A stretch of DNA of 63,057 nucleotides, filler included, from Choristocarpus tenellus KU-1152 (GCA_964200185.2; 13 parts of 13 records of this genome joined end to end with filler, not necessarily neighbours in it), one strand, 5' to 3'; positions 25,668 through 38,300 are shown, counted from the whole stretch's first letter. Notes: generated by a model from the letters alone, not told the origin. A program made the numbers and translations.

Positions 25668-27202
25668 ATTGTTCACTTTATTGGTTGGAAGGGGTATAAG
25701 AATAGAGGCCTGAATGAGCATGTACTGTCTCTATGCCGCATCTTGATGACTTAAATAGAGGAGGGATAAATGGACGTGAAGTGTAACCATGTAAAATATA
25801 GGTCTTCTTCGTGATGACATTTATGAAACACCGCCTTTAAAGTCATGCCATCGCCCCATATGACGTCAAGTGTATCGATCGACGGCCTCGGTCGGTTTCG
25901 TCTTGTTTCAGGGATGTTGGGTAGTCTACTGGCAGAGAGGGACTAGGGGGTGAATGCGTTGATCGACACCTTTTGAAAATCTTCTTACAGAGAGGTTTTC
26001 GGGAAGAGGGTTATGCATGCATGCGCACAGGGCTTTTTTTTCTTTTTCTTTTTTTTGAACAACTGTTATGTTTCGGATTTTTTTTTCATCTTGTTTTGTA
26101 TTTTGTAGAAAGGCGTTAGTTAATTGTTCTCATTTTTCTTCTCGGACATATCTGATCTGTTAGGTTGAACAACATATTTTTGGAAAAATACGGAAGACTC
26201 TCATTTTTTTTTTTGTGGTTGTGGTATGAAGGCGTGCAGAGCGCCGACTTTACTTGTTCCCCCTGAGGTAGGAATCTAGTAACCGACTCCTTCATCTATA
26301 AAAATATTGTGATATTTTGCAGCTCACAAGAATTCCCGCGTCAACTTATTTCAACCCGTTCAAAACCCAAGAGATTTACAAGGTTTAAACAAAATAATAT
26401 ATTTTTTGTGATTTCCTCTTCCACTTTAGAATCAATATATATATATATATGTATATACATACATATATTCCTGATTGAGTCTGAACAAAGGGGAGAGTTC
26501 TAAATTCGTACAAGTGTAAGGGATGCAAATTGCTTTTTGAGTCTTGAACATGTGTGATTGGAATGGGGGTTTTATAGGGCGACTGTAATCAGAGGAGAGC
26601 GTCAAAGTACCCGAGAGGTACCCAGGGTTGCATTTTAAGGATGCTGGTCAAAGGTGCAAGATCCGACTATTTTTACGACTATTTTTACGAATGCATTTAT
26701 GATATTTTTTCGAATTGTGTCAAGAAAGCTTCAAACAGTACAGAAATAGATATTTATTATTATTAATTTATTCTCTTAGAAATATGGGTGGATGGCAAAA
26801 GATTGAAAACTGGCTTAATATGCAGAACGGCTATAGACTGGATACCTCTTGTTTACTTTGACTCAATTGCTTGCTGAACTCCGACTTAACCTCGCCAACC
26901 AACCGCCGAAAATAGAGCGTTTCACACAAGGCCTTGAACAATTTCCAGTAAAATTCCACACGATGAGCCATCAACGGTTTTGGTGAATAGTGGTCCATGG
27001 TGTTGTGAACACAATGTTATATTGCAACATGCCATTTCTGAAACATCCGCAATAGACCATCTTCTCCCAAAACCCGTTTGAAAATGAGAAACAAGACTAG
27101 ATACAAAATGGTTGGCCCACATGGAAGTGCTCCCATCTGTGATTGGTCTGATTTGTTGCTGTGTAGATGTGTATGATATTTGTGTGTGTGTGTGTGTACA
27201 AT

Positions 27203-27462
27203 GAGTGAAAGTATCTTAGAGGGTACGAGTTTTGCCCTGCTTGTCCATTTGGGGCTTGACTTCCCATGGCATATTTTTATTACAATTTCCCACTCCATAA
27301 TGTTTCGCAGTAGGTAAAATGTATACGTCATAAAAAGGTGTGTCTGGAACAAGGATATTGACACTTCCCAACAAACACGATAACCAAAATTACATCAAAA
27401 TCGTAATATTGGATTTTGGCCCCCAAATGGACAAGGCCCTACCCTCTAAGATACTTTGGCTC
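27203..27462. mobile_element. MITE family A copy 3
   Basis: Same TIRs, flanked by CAAT/CAAT. Confidence 0.9.
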
Positions 27463-27847
27463 CAATTACACAACATTTCGGAGCACTATGAAGTGTTGTT
27501 TTTTTTATAGAGTGCTATGGCTAATAGTAAGATTGTTTCCTTACATTGTGAGTATTTTGCAACATGAGAGAAGAAAATGAAAGGGAAAGGTATTAGGAGT
27601 CTTTGCTTTGCCATGGAGATAGACTAATATTGAGTTGGGCTAGGGGGTATGGAAGAACAAGGAGAAACGCAGTGCCCAATAGATTGCCTACTTGTTGATT
27701 TCAACCAATCAGAGGCATTCACCCCTGTCCATTTCTACTTCCATCATCCCCACCGTCAGTTTGAAATCTTTGGAATTTCGGGGTTGGATTTTGAAATTTG
27801 GTATCACACTTTAATGGAGCGTGCGCCGGTATGTGACGATGATCCAG

Positions 27848-28523
27848 GCCCTGGATTCCAAGGACCTGGTCCTTAAGACTCTACTGGCACACCTTCAGAT
27901 GGAAGGGTACGCCCGAGAGACCACCAGCTATTTTCAAACTGTCAAACTGTGCTTGCTGGGAGGGCTGCCTTTGGTCAAGCAGAGGAGGGAGGAAGGGCAA
28001 CCCCTCCCCCCTATGTGAGTGTTCAGAGGATGATTATACAACTTGTATGAGAGATGTAAGACGTTTTTCGTGTTTTTTTTGGGAATGGGTGCGTAGAGGG
28101 AGAGTGTGTTCTTTGGGGTTTTTGGAGGTGCAATTGCATTTGATCCAAGTATATATATATATATATTATTGGGATGATGATGATGATGGTGGTGGTGGTG
28201 GTGGTGGTGGTGTTGAAGTATTGTTGGTGTTTGTTTTGTGTGCCGTAGTAGTCTAGATTCGATGAAAATATGTGCCTGTAGAAGCAAATAATAAATGCAA
28301 TCATAGCTACATACATACATACATACATACATACATACATACATACATACATACATACATACATACATACATACAAGAATCTTGTTCCTCTTGACTTTCT
28401 TTTTCTAATTTTTTCCCCAGATCGGAAGCATTGGTAACAATGGTGGAGAAGGCGAAGAAGGCCAAGTGGGCCACTCTCGATGTCAAAGATACTGCCAACA
28501 AACTTGGAGTCCCTAAGGTTCAT
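27848..28523 (+). CDS. Two internal exons (27848-28014, 28421-~28523), probably the C-terminal region of a RecQ-family helicase
   Basis: A phase-2 GT-AG intron joins ALDSKDLVLKTLLAHLQMEGYARETTSYFQTVK...PPI|SEALVTMVEKAKKAKWATLDVKDTANKLGVPK. LKTLLxxLxxxG and WAT(L/V)D resemble post-helicase regions of RECQL4-like and some bacterial RecQ proteins (from memory). The second donor could be at 28518 or 28524. Confidence 0.55.
28308..28374. repeat. (TACA)n microsatellite in an intron
   Basis: About 16 perfect units. A (GAT)/(GGT) tract lies nearby at 28173-28212. Confidence 0.95.
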
Positions 28524-29610
28524 GTGAGATACACTGCACACGTGTAGTATAGGAACGATGTGGACAGCTATGACAAGAGCGGTGGTGTAGAGGTCAAGTA
28601 ACACATGACACATGACACGATTATCGTTTGCACAGAAATAATTGAATATGTAGCATTAACTACAAAAAATGTGGTCATTTTTTTAAAATTGTGAAACACA
28701 AGCATAATTAATCAATATGAATTCCTCCAAGAAAATAATATAGGAAGCAGTGTTTAAGTGATAGTAAACTGATTGTCAGGGTTAGAAATGGGGATCGGGT
28801 ACTGAACAGATGCTAGTGGGAGCGGAGGTTGTTTGTCAGTGGGAACAGGGGGGTTATATAGGTTGCCTAAGATCTGGCTGCACTTGCAAGATTTCATTGA
28901 TTGCTTTATAGTTTGTTCTTGAAGGTGTGTGTATGTACGGGGGGGTTTTAGTCACAGGTCACAAGAGAGAGTTTTGTGAAAAGTGGGAATTTGAGTAAAA
29001 AACATATCCACCATTAGGATATATATATAGCTGGTCCAAGGTGATCTCAAGTAAATTCTTGAGGTGTACTAGTAGCTATTTTGATGTATTAATATCCATA
29101 CTCAGTACATTGCACTATTACTATAATAGTACATCAGACTACACACCGTATCATACATGTATTGATGTGTTTACTATGAATGCAATACGCTAGTACTCGA
29201 AAGAGTTGTAAACTGGCTTGGATTGCAATCATCGACCACACCTCATTTAGAATGAGATGGAAGACAATAACCAATTTTTTTGTGCTGGGTGATTCTGTTA
29301 TTCTGCACGCCATTTGCGTGCACACGCCTCCGATAGTTCCTGTTCGTGCTCCACGCGATGACGTGTGCCTACGCATGCGGATGACATTGACCTCAATTTT
29401 GTCGCCTCAGGTGCAGTCCCTCACCAGCCACTTGCCAGAAATGCTTGAATGGGTGGATATGTGTGACAAATGTATGACCCTGTCAATTTTTTGTGAAATT
29501 TGGCCGCGATAGAGCTGAACCGATTCTATAATCATAAAAGTCTTCAATCCTCTTGGTTCACATGTATGTGTACCAATAATATGCGTTGCATGCTATTAGT
29601 CGTACTAGCA

Positions 29611-30877
29611 CTTCATTCGGAATTAAATGTAACGTAAATTTTGCGAGCTCCGTTCTCGCCCAGGAATGACCCAATTGACAAACCCTCTGAAAGAGGCTTA
29701 GTTCTCATATCGATTGGGAGACATGCAAAGCTTGAGATCGTGGACTATTACGACTGTGGAGGATCACCAATGCAAAGTCGGCCGAGTTAAATTTGACGAG
29801 GTTCAAGAAACCTTGTGAAACTGTCAAAGCGGGTGTTTAGTGGGACACCTAGGATGAAGGCCCCCCGTCACTCGAGCGACTTGCTCATCCCGTCGTCGCC
29901 CATCGGTCCCAATCCTTCACCCCAAAAGCCTGTCTGGTGTCCAGAGTAAAAACATCTTGACAAAGAGCAATGTGGTGGTGCAATGCCTGGAGGCGAAAGA
30001 GTGTGAGACTTGGATGCCTCGGGGAACGGCGGCGGTCATTGTGGAGGACTCAGGAATCTCCCGAATCACTGTGTTCCGTCATGTGAAGAAGTATGACAGC
30101 CAGATCGAACAGGGTAAATGCATAGACCTTGTACGGCATCACAAGCGGCAATGTGGCCGCCATACAAGTTTCCTCTACGTTTGGGATGTCTCAGTGGTAC
30201 ACTGCATATCCTTCCACAAACGGGTGGCCAAAGCTGGGGTCTCCCTTGCCACGTCGTGGGATCTGCGCAAGCGCAGGAAGGTGAAGAATGTCAAGCAGTG
30301 GATTTAAGTCAGTCGTCTGAGACCAGTAGAAAGTCAGCAGGGTGGGTTTCGTCATCAGCCACATGTACAGGAGGGGGGGAAGTGGGGTGTAAGTGGGGTG
30401 TAAGTGGACAGTCTGTGTGACAAGGTGGCATGTGGACGAGAAGTGGTTTTACATCTTCAAAGATGGGCAAGGTGTGTACCTGTACCGAACTGAGGACCCC
30501 CCCAAACCACCATGGGCACAGAATAAATGTTCCTTGCAGCCGTGGCCCATCCTAGAAAGCTCTCCAACAGGGTGTGGTTCGATAGGAAATCAGGATCTGG
30601 CCAATCGTGGACACTAAGGTAGCTCAGCCTCCAGCAAACACTGTCCAATGGGCAGCAGGGTGCTTGCGCCAGCCACGGTGGATGGGGAGAGGTATAAGCA
30701 GCTCAAATCGATGATGTCATCCCAGCAATCAAGGCCTGCATGCCTAGACCAGAAGGACATATCACCTTCATCCAGCAGGACGAGGCAAATGCACACATAA
30801 AATATTAATATGTGAGGAAAATTCTTGCTTCTTCATCGGGGCTTAAAAAGTTATGTTGCATTTAATTCCGAATGGAG
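29611..30877 (+). mobile_element. Tc1/mariner relic of the plant/oomycete DD39D type, internally deleted
   Basis: TIRs CTTCATTCGGAATTAAATGTAACGTAA ... TTATGTTGCATTTAATTCCGAATGGAG. Transposase remnants WHVDEKWFY (~30426) and IQQDEANAH (~30769) match the HIDEKWF and IQQDNARPH motifs. The TA TSD is degenerate (CA/AA). Confidence 0.8.
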
Positions 30878-32182
30878 AAAATATATGGTACGGTATTGTT
30901 TTTGATTAAAAATACAATTATTAATAGTAAGACAGGAGAAAAAATGAAAGAAAAAGACTGTTTAACACTGTTGTCGGAGTCATGGAAATAGATCCAGAGT
31001 TGATGGAGTTGGCTGAACAGTATGACTAACTGCTCTGAAAGAGTTGATGGTGATATAAAGTATTAAATAATACTGTCATTGGTATTTGAGTCTTTTGGTG
31101 ATTTAGCAAATAATGTCTTTTACCAATCCCTCCATTCCTTACTATATGGTTGGTGGAAATATCCGATCTGTCCTCAAAATTGTCAGGCTGCCTTTTTTTA
31201 CAATCAATAAGATACACACATAACGTGAATTGCGTGTCTCTGTGGTGGCATGGAGTCAGGGATAGGGTTAGGGTTAGAGTGGCGAAGAGAATCACTGGGC
31301 AATACGGACCAGATGGACCCAAGACGAACCATAGCTGAGAGGATGAGGTTATGATTGGACATGAGGGCAAGGATTGAGGAAGTGGGGAGGATAGCGGTCC
31401 AGATGAGCTGCAGAAAAGAAAGCTCTCAGAGATGGGAGATCTGCCTTTGGAAAATGTGCTCTTGAAGAGACATCACAGGAACTCACAGAAACCTATCCTT
31501 CTGAGGATCCTCTACAGTTGAACCGAAGTCCTCAGAAAAGAACATCAATCGGTATGTTGGTATATGTTACGCGACAATAGAGGGTATGATAACAGACAAC
31601 CCTGCTTTCTACATCACCCCCTAATCTGATGGACCTCGAAGCCATGTAAAGATGATTCAGGGTCAACCAAAAAGTGAGCTCTGGGAGAAAAATGGAAAAC
31701 AGGTGTGCCTGTCACCAGTATTTTTCACGACTTCATCCACACAAGGTGAAGTGTAATGTGTAAACATGACATTAGTGAGTATCTGATCAGGACATCATTA
31801 GCTAAAGGTTGATGGCATGTGGTCATTATCCCAATCAAGCTTTATGTGGTCTGAGTGTATGGGATCAGCATGTCAGTCAGCTTAAACGTGAGTGAGGTTG
31901 ATGGGATGTGGTCAGCATTATTGCATCATCAAGTTCATGGCCAAGGTCTCGCGGCATGGGGTTGGGACTGCAGTCAGCCTGAACATAAGTCAAGAGGTAT
32001 ATGTGGCGATCATATGAGTCTCTGGTATCTTGTACAAACTGAGGATACTCAAGAATGGGAATTCAAGGAGCAACAGCTGTTCAATGGCGGTAAGTGTTGA
32101 CAAGCGTTTGTCATCTGAAGATGTGTTACACATTGATTTGATCCACACTTCAATATGTCAAAACATAAGCATGTGTACGTGA

Positions 32183-32435
32183 GAGTCAAAGCATTTAAGA
32201 GGGCAGGGCCGCGTCCGTTTGGGGTCATAAATCCAGTGTTGCGATTCTTATTCATTTTGGATATCGTGTTTGTTAGCAAGTGTCAATATGCTTGCACTGG
32301 ATACACCTTTCATAGTCGTATACATTTGGGTAACTGTGCTCACAGAAAACCAAAATAGAGCATTAACACCTGTGGGAATTCAAGCTCCGATTGGACAAAC
32401 AGGGCAAAACTCCTACCTCTTAAATACTTTGAGTC
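32183..32435. mobile_element. MITE family A copy 4 (diverged)
   Basis: GAGTCAAAGCATTTAAGAGG ... CCTCTTAAATACTTTGAGTC, flanked by TGA/TGA. Confidence 0.82.
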
Positions 32436-32948
32436 TGATCAAAAATCAACACAGCGGATAAGATGAATAGACGATGTGTGAGACACTTCTCCTTCCTCAC
32501 ATTCTCATGCATGATTGGAGATACTCCTCGCAATGACTACAATATTCCAAGTGGACACTAGGATGTATGATGTTGGTTGCTCAACTCTCAACACCATATG
32601 AGGTGACTGTTTGGTCGTTGATTACATCATGTTGTGGGGATCATGCCACTAAAAATCGAAGAACAAATGTGACTCACTTGAAGTCTTCATCGCTTACCAA
32701 TGGTGAACTTGAATCTTTGGCTTTTGTCAAGATGAACTAACATGTGATGTCTTGCTAGAATGATACACAACCTGTTGTGGAACGAGAGACGCTGTTCTTG
32801 CCAATCAAGGATTGCACTGAGAGTCAAAGTATCTGGGGGGGAGGGGGGNNNNNNNNNNNNNNNNNNNNNNNNNNNNNNNNNNNNNNNNNNNNTTAATTAA
32901 TTAANNNNNNNNNNNNNNNNNNNNNNNNNNNNNNNNNNNNNNNNNNNN

Positions 32949-33780
32949 AGAGGGACAGGTACGACAGCACACTCCAATGGTTAAACGCCTGCACCAACTA
33001 TGCAAGGGGATGGGCATCCCTTGCACTACATACAGAGGAGGATGGTAGCCCTTTCACAGTGGACAGGAATCTCCGCATGGACCTGGTGTTCCACGCAGGG
33101 GCACTACTAGCGGACGCCGGAACAGCTCCCTAGAGGGACAAATGTTTTCTGCGAGACGTCACATTTGCAGAGGTACATACAGGCGACCTCCCACCTCACC
33201 CACTCATCCACCAGCAATGGTGTAGCTGCTGCTGCAGCCGGGGCGCGAAAGCGCACCCACTACGAGGGCTCCTTTGATCCNNNNNNNNNNACCTTTGCAG
33301 TGGAAATTTTTGGGCACCTCGGCAAGCAAGCGGAATGCTTCCTGGATGAGCTGGCTACTCACATGGTAGGGAGGAGAGGAGCTGGAGGATACTGTAGGAA
33401 AGGAGTAGTAGTTAAATCCCAGCTATATACACCAAATTGTTTCAGTAACTACGCAAGTGGCATTGTCTCAATGTGCCATGCGCTTTAAACTAGAGTCACC
33501 AAGGAGATGGGCACGGAGGGATTTGTTGAATTCTTGGGATGCCTCCCCGGGGCGCAGGAGTAGGTAGATAGGAAGCACAGGAAGACAGTAGTACAATATT
33601 GATAATGGTGAAGTAGCTTATAGATTATTAGTGGTGGTTTTCACACTACTACTTACAGTTTTTTAGAGTTTTTTCGCATTTATGATATTTTATTTCTTTA
33701 GGGCTAGTAATGACATATGTATAGTTTTCATTAGTTTTCCCCCTGACACATCTGCAAAATGTTAGAGGGCATAATATATA
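32949..33780 (+). mobile_element. CRE-like non-LTR retrotransposon 3' fragment
   Basis: RMDLVFHAGAL, DVTFAEV, ARKRTHYEGSFD, FAVEIFGHLGKQAECFLDELA, plus the 3' UTR shared with the 22950 copy. Confidence 0.82.
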
Positions 33781-33785
33781 TAATA

Positions 33786-34135
33786 GATGTGTTAGGAAAA
33801 AACAAGGGAAAACTATTCACATGTCAGAAAAATCCCTAAAGTCAAATTTGTCACAAATAATGTGAAAAAACACTGATCTACTTGTTATTTTACTACAACC
33901 TATGTTGTACCACTACCTTCCTCTGCCTCCAATCTACCTATTCCTGTACCCCAGGGTGAGGAGGAGCTAGGGAAGCATCCCAAGAATCCAACAAACCCCT
34001 CCTTGCCCATCTCCCTGGCGACTCCAGCTTTAAATGCTCGACATATCTAAACAGTGCCACCTACCTGCATTGTTACCGTGACTATTTGACATAGGCGGGA
34101 TTTGACCACCACTTTCCTGCCATAGCCCCCAGTTC
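33786..34135 (-). mobile_element. Inverted CRE-like 3' fragment, tail-to-tail with the preceding copy
   Basis: Reverse complement of the family 3' end (CCAGGGAGATGGGCAAGGAGGGG...TTCTTGGGATGCTTCCC...GGGATTTTTCTGACATGTGAA). Confidence 0.78.
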
Positions 34136-34785
34136 CTGTATTGGTATCATACTGTATTGTGGACAATCCAGACCTACTGTACTGCTACCGTCCAAAAAAA
34201 TTAACAGTATATTTTTGTAGTAGTAGCAGTAGTAGTAGTTACTCTGCACCATACTGCTACTGACTGTGGAAATTCGTGAAATAAATGTCGAGAGAAGGGT
34301 CCACTCAGTCGTGGGGGGTGCTTAGAATCACCAGTTGTGTCAAGGTGGGGTTGATTCCAACAAACTCCAAGCTCTTTCAGTCATCATGTCTTAGGAGAAA
34401 TTTGAATGGAATGTTGGATCCGATACGTCACGTCAAATTCTTGTTACTGTCTACTATAGATGTGGGAATTCTGATAACTTCCGTGTTCGATGTGGATGGG
34501 AACATCACCAATCGTACCCTAGACATTTTGGAGATGTGTCAGTCAAAAACCTTCATCACGAAAAAACTCTAAAATTAGCTTTTGTCAATATGTACTATAA
34601 AAAATACCCCTCTAAAATTATTTACTATTTGAATACTAGATATATAATAAAGTTTCCTTGAATATTAGGAATTGATTACAGTGTAATGTTTAAACTGATC
34701 CCATGCCTCGAATCTACCTCACACTTTAGGGGGTCGAGGAGTATTATTATAGTTTATATATGTTGATCTCCCCCTCTCTCTAATA

Positions 34786-34859
34786 GCTTCGGTAGCTCAG
34801 TTGGTTAGAGCGTACGACTGAAGCTCGTAAGGCCATGTGTTCGACTCACATTCGAAGCA
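34786..34859 (+). tRNA. tRNA-Phe (GAA)
   Basis: Full cloverleaf: acceptor GCTTCGG/TCGAAGC + A, D arm GCTC/GAGC, anticodon arm TACGA-CTGAAGC-TCGTA, T arm ATGTG-TTCGACT-CACAT. No encoded CCA. A T6 Pol III terminator follows immediately. Confidence 0.95.
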
Positions 34860-35466
34860 TATTTTTTGGCATCTTACCTCAAGGTCTTTACATGGTGACT
34901 GGACTATCTACATGATTTCGTTGGTTCAATTCTCTTCAACTCCAGACTTTCTTTTGAAGGAAAATCTGTTTTCTGATTGTTCACTTATACAAGTATTATC
35001 CTGTCTGTGGTAGCCTTCGGTAAAGGTGAGTTATTGCTCCCATCCCCTTTCCCATCTTCTTCATGGCGGTTATTCTTGGCGGTTTAAGTGTGGCACTTCA
35101 GGAGTTCACCTCTGATCTAGCCATCTCCAAGGATCATCTTGTCATCTTGTCATCAAGAGAGTGGCACAAATACAACCAGATCAGAGAAGAAGGGAAGACC
35201 ACCAGTGGTGGGAAAATACTTGATGGTGGTTTCTGTGGGGTTGTGCTCTAGGCTGATGATGCAGGCATTGTCTCCAAGACCCAATAAGGTTTGACCAGGA
35301 TGGTGATGATGAAAAAATCGTTCGGTCTGCCTGACTCATCATTGAAGACAGAGTGTATGTGTCGTTGCTGCCCCCTTCCATGCACTGGACCAGACTTGTT
35401 TACCTTGGGGAAATCATCAGTGACGGTGCTGTTTACTTGCTTCCTTTATAGTGGAGTGTGACTCAA

Positions 35467-35705
35467 GAGCCAAAGTATCTTAGAGGGTAAAGTCGCGTCC
35501 ATTTGGGGGCAAAAATCCAATGTTGCAATTTTGATGTAATTTTGGCTATCGTGTTCGTTAGGAAGTGTCAATATCCTTGTTCCGAACATACCTTTTCATA
35601 ACGTTACATTTTACCTACTCTGAAATATTTTGGACTAGGAAAATGTAATAAAAAACCCCGTGGGTACCCAAGTCTCAAATGGACAAACAGGGCAAAAATC
35701 GTACC
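35467..35705. mobile_element. MITE family A copy 5, truncated by contig end
   Basis: GAGCCAAAGTATCTTAGAGGGTA plus the family internal sequence running into the gap. Confidence 0.88.
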
Positions 35706-35805
35706 NNNNNNNNNNNNNNNNNNNNNNNNNNNNNNNNNNNNNNNNNNNNTTAATTAATTAANNNNNNNNNNNNNNNNNNNNNNNNNNNNNNNNNNNNNNN
35801 NNNNN

Positions 35806-36180
35806 CAGCTCAGCAGAACAGGGGTACTCTTAATTGATTCAATCAGTATAAAATGTAAATAAAGATTTGCATCAGTATTAAGAGTGTCATGTGTGGGTCT
35901 TTCTGTTAGGTCAGAATAACTGAGCTGTTTTGAGCCGTTATTAGGAAATCTAAATTATCATTTGCGTTTTTAGGGGGGTTTTCGGGATCGTAAATACTGG
36001 GATGTATCTCAGAACCCTTCCCGACCATTCATTTATGACCCTCTGCAACTACCCGAGTTACAGTTTATTCTGCAACTTTTAGGCAAATCGGAGTTCCCCC
36101 TTTTGGGGTTCCCCAAGCGCGTATACTGCTCGCACTGGTTAAAGCGCGGGAAGAAATACTCACGTTATTCGCCTGTAACA
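35806..36180 (-). mobile_element. LTR fragment of a second family
   Basis: Ends ...AAAGCGCGGGAAGAAATACTCACGTTATTCGCCTGTAACA, the reverse complement of 43789-43857. Left boundary is uncertain. Confidence 0.55.
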
Positions 36181-36389
36181 ATTACTCATCGGTGCTTTAC
36201 AACACCATGATTCCTTATCGCTAGTATCCTAGGCATTTTACGTACGTGTAGGATGCATTCGATTCAGGTTTCAACATGTGAGTATATGAGTGGAAGAAAA
36301 TAACTACCTAGGCAACGTCTAGATCATGATGTCAGAAACCACGCATTTACAGTTATAGGTGTATGATGTTTCCCTTGAAGTCACAGATG

Positions 36390-38300
36390 CCATCATGCTA
36401 GGCCCTCCCTCCAAGTTAGGTGGTGGGACATTCTGTGGTCCCGTTCCTCGGGTGTGTGTGTAGTGGGGACTTCCTCCATCGAATCCCGTTGCTCACTGGC
36501 ATGCAATGGAATCAAACTGATTTCCCAAGTTCCCCAGCACCATCCCCATTGATGGGCTTTCGCAACTACACCTTCTTGAGCTATTTCGTTAATGTAGGCA
36601 CCGGTTGCGTCCGTTGCAGCGTCTCTGGTCCTCAAGCCATAAACCTGCTTGTTGCTGCTGCTCTCGTCAGTAAATAACCGGGACATATTTATAACCCGTG
36701 GCGTTTGGTTGGAAGGGTCCTACCAGCAAGCAGTGTCTATAACCTCACTGGACGGTTTGGGGATTCAAGATCTCCTTTAGTTTGATAGCTGAGGCTCTCC
36801 ACTTTGCACTTGCATTTTTGACTTTCATGCGTTCAGTGTTCCATTGAACAATAGTAGGCATCCTGTGAAGCTCTGTCTCAATATAGGATCGTTGACCCAG
36901 TCCAAGTCCCCATACCCAATGAACCCTTAGCAGTTTGTTTCTCCTTCAGTGGGATAGTGTATCCTCACATTGATGGAGCCTGCATCATAACGCAGTACAT
37001 GTTGCAGTCCCTTTCAGTGCTACCTGCGTGGTAATGAAGCAGTGTGACCTAGTTCTCTTACAGAGCTCCGGCTGTTGCTAGCACAGTCCTGATATATCCT
37101 TCACTGGGCTGAACGTGTTGAATAGCTCACACCCTCCCTTTGAGTGAAGCCCTGTGCCACCCACCTGGCCTTGAGCCATTGGATGATCCCTTCGGCTGTC
37201 CGCTTTATCTTTGAATACTGGTGAACTCAATGTAAGACAAAAAAATTATGATGTGAAGTCCGCCCGTAGCTTGTTCTTGATCCAGAGTCCGTAAGTTCTC
37301 CACCTTCTAGTCACAGGGTCCCAATACTCAATATTTGGCACGGTATACCAGGTCCCTTAAAGTACATCCTGAAGTGCCATCCTTGACTTCCCGTTCTTGC
37401 TTGTTGTCGATAGTACCATATCTCCTGTCTCCTTAGCCTCCAGCTTCCCATCGTTGCTGAATGTGTAGGTCCGCTTTGTTGGTATGACGATGATGAGACT
37501 ATTGCCTGTTTCAGCTCCTCATTGCTTATATTGGGTCCTGTGATCAGGTGTGTGTGAAAAACGTTCGGCATGGTGCTCTTGATGCCTAATTGCCTGTTTC
37601 ATCCCTTCGTAGTTTATATCGGGTCTTGTGTTCAGCTGTACGAACATGTTTAGCATGGCGTCCTTGGTGCCCAATTGCACGCATCAGTTCCTCATAGGTT
37701 ATATCGGGTCTTTTCAAGTTGGACTGTGAAATCCGTATTGTCCGTAGTGGAGGAGCACCCTGGAGGGTGTGCTTCAAAAATGATGATTTGCATGGGGACC
37801 TTGTCCTCCGTGCGACCTCCATTGACTCTCTCCAATTCCATCCAAGCTCCTCTGCCGTTTGGATTCTTGCTTTTTTCAATTGCATCACGATTGCTACCAC
37901 AGACCCTCTTGTCGCTTGAACCAGCAGAAACCACAGAAGTCTGTCGTTCGTCTTGTAGTTCTTGTGCCCTATTCATTCCTGTTCCGTTGGTGTGTCTGTG
38001 AGTTGATAGACCTCGTTTATGTTTGCTGCAGAAAATTGTACAGACCCTTTCACCAACGTAACCCACCCAGTTCTCCACTGACCAACTTGGTGCTCTAGTC
38101 CAGATGGGCAACTTCTTCATATCGTTCTCCATACCATTAAGGCTCATAATCTGTGCAGATTAAGACTGCTATTTGTGTGAGTATGGAAGAAGAGAGAAGA
38201 GATGGGAGCCTCACACGATTCCCCTTTGCTGAATGTGATCACACGGTTGGAAAGAGAAAAGAGTGATGTTATTATACATGGTGTGGCTTGGTTTAGTTCG
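36390..38300 (-). mobile_element. Degenerate Ty1/copia element (LTR end, PBS, gag, RT, RNase H and integrase fragments)
   Basis: PBS GATTATGAGCC directly after CA (38152). RT: KIKRTAEGIIQWLKARWVAQGFTQREG...TFSPV (~37230-37100). RT end/RH: LQHVLRY...GYGDLDWVND...SFTG...KSKMQ (~37020-36810). INT: VGPFQP..GYKY..FTDESS..VYGLRTR (~36725-36620). Confidence 0.85.

Noticed and set aside
27934-28613. ORFs with MYVC repeats and poly-His/poly-Thr
   Set aside because: Translations of intronic (TACA)n and (GGT)/(GAT)n microsatellites.
31270-32800. Possible copia gag/protease remnant (ELWEK, DVGCS..HM)
   Set aside because: Motifs are weak and frameshifted; left uncalled.
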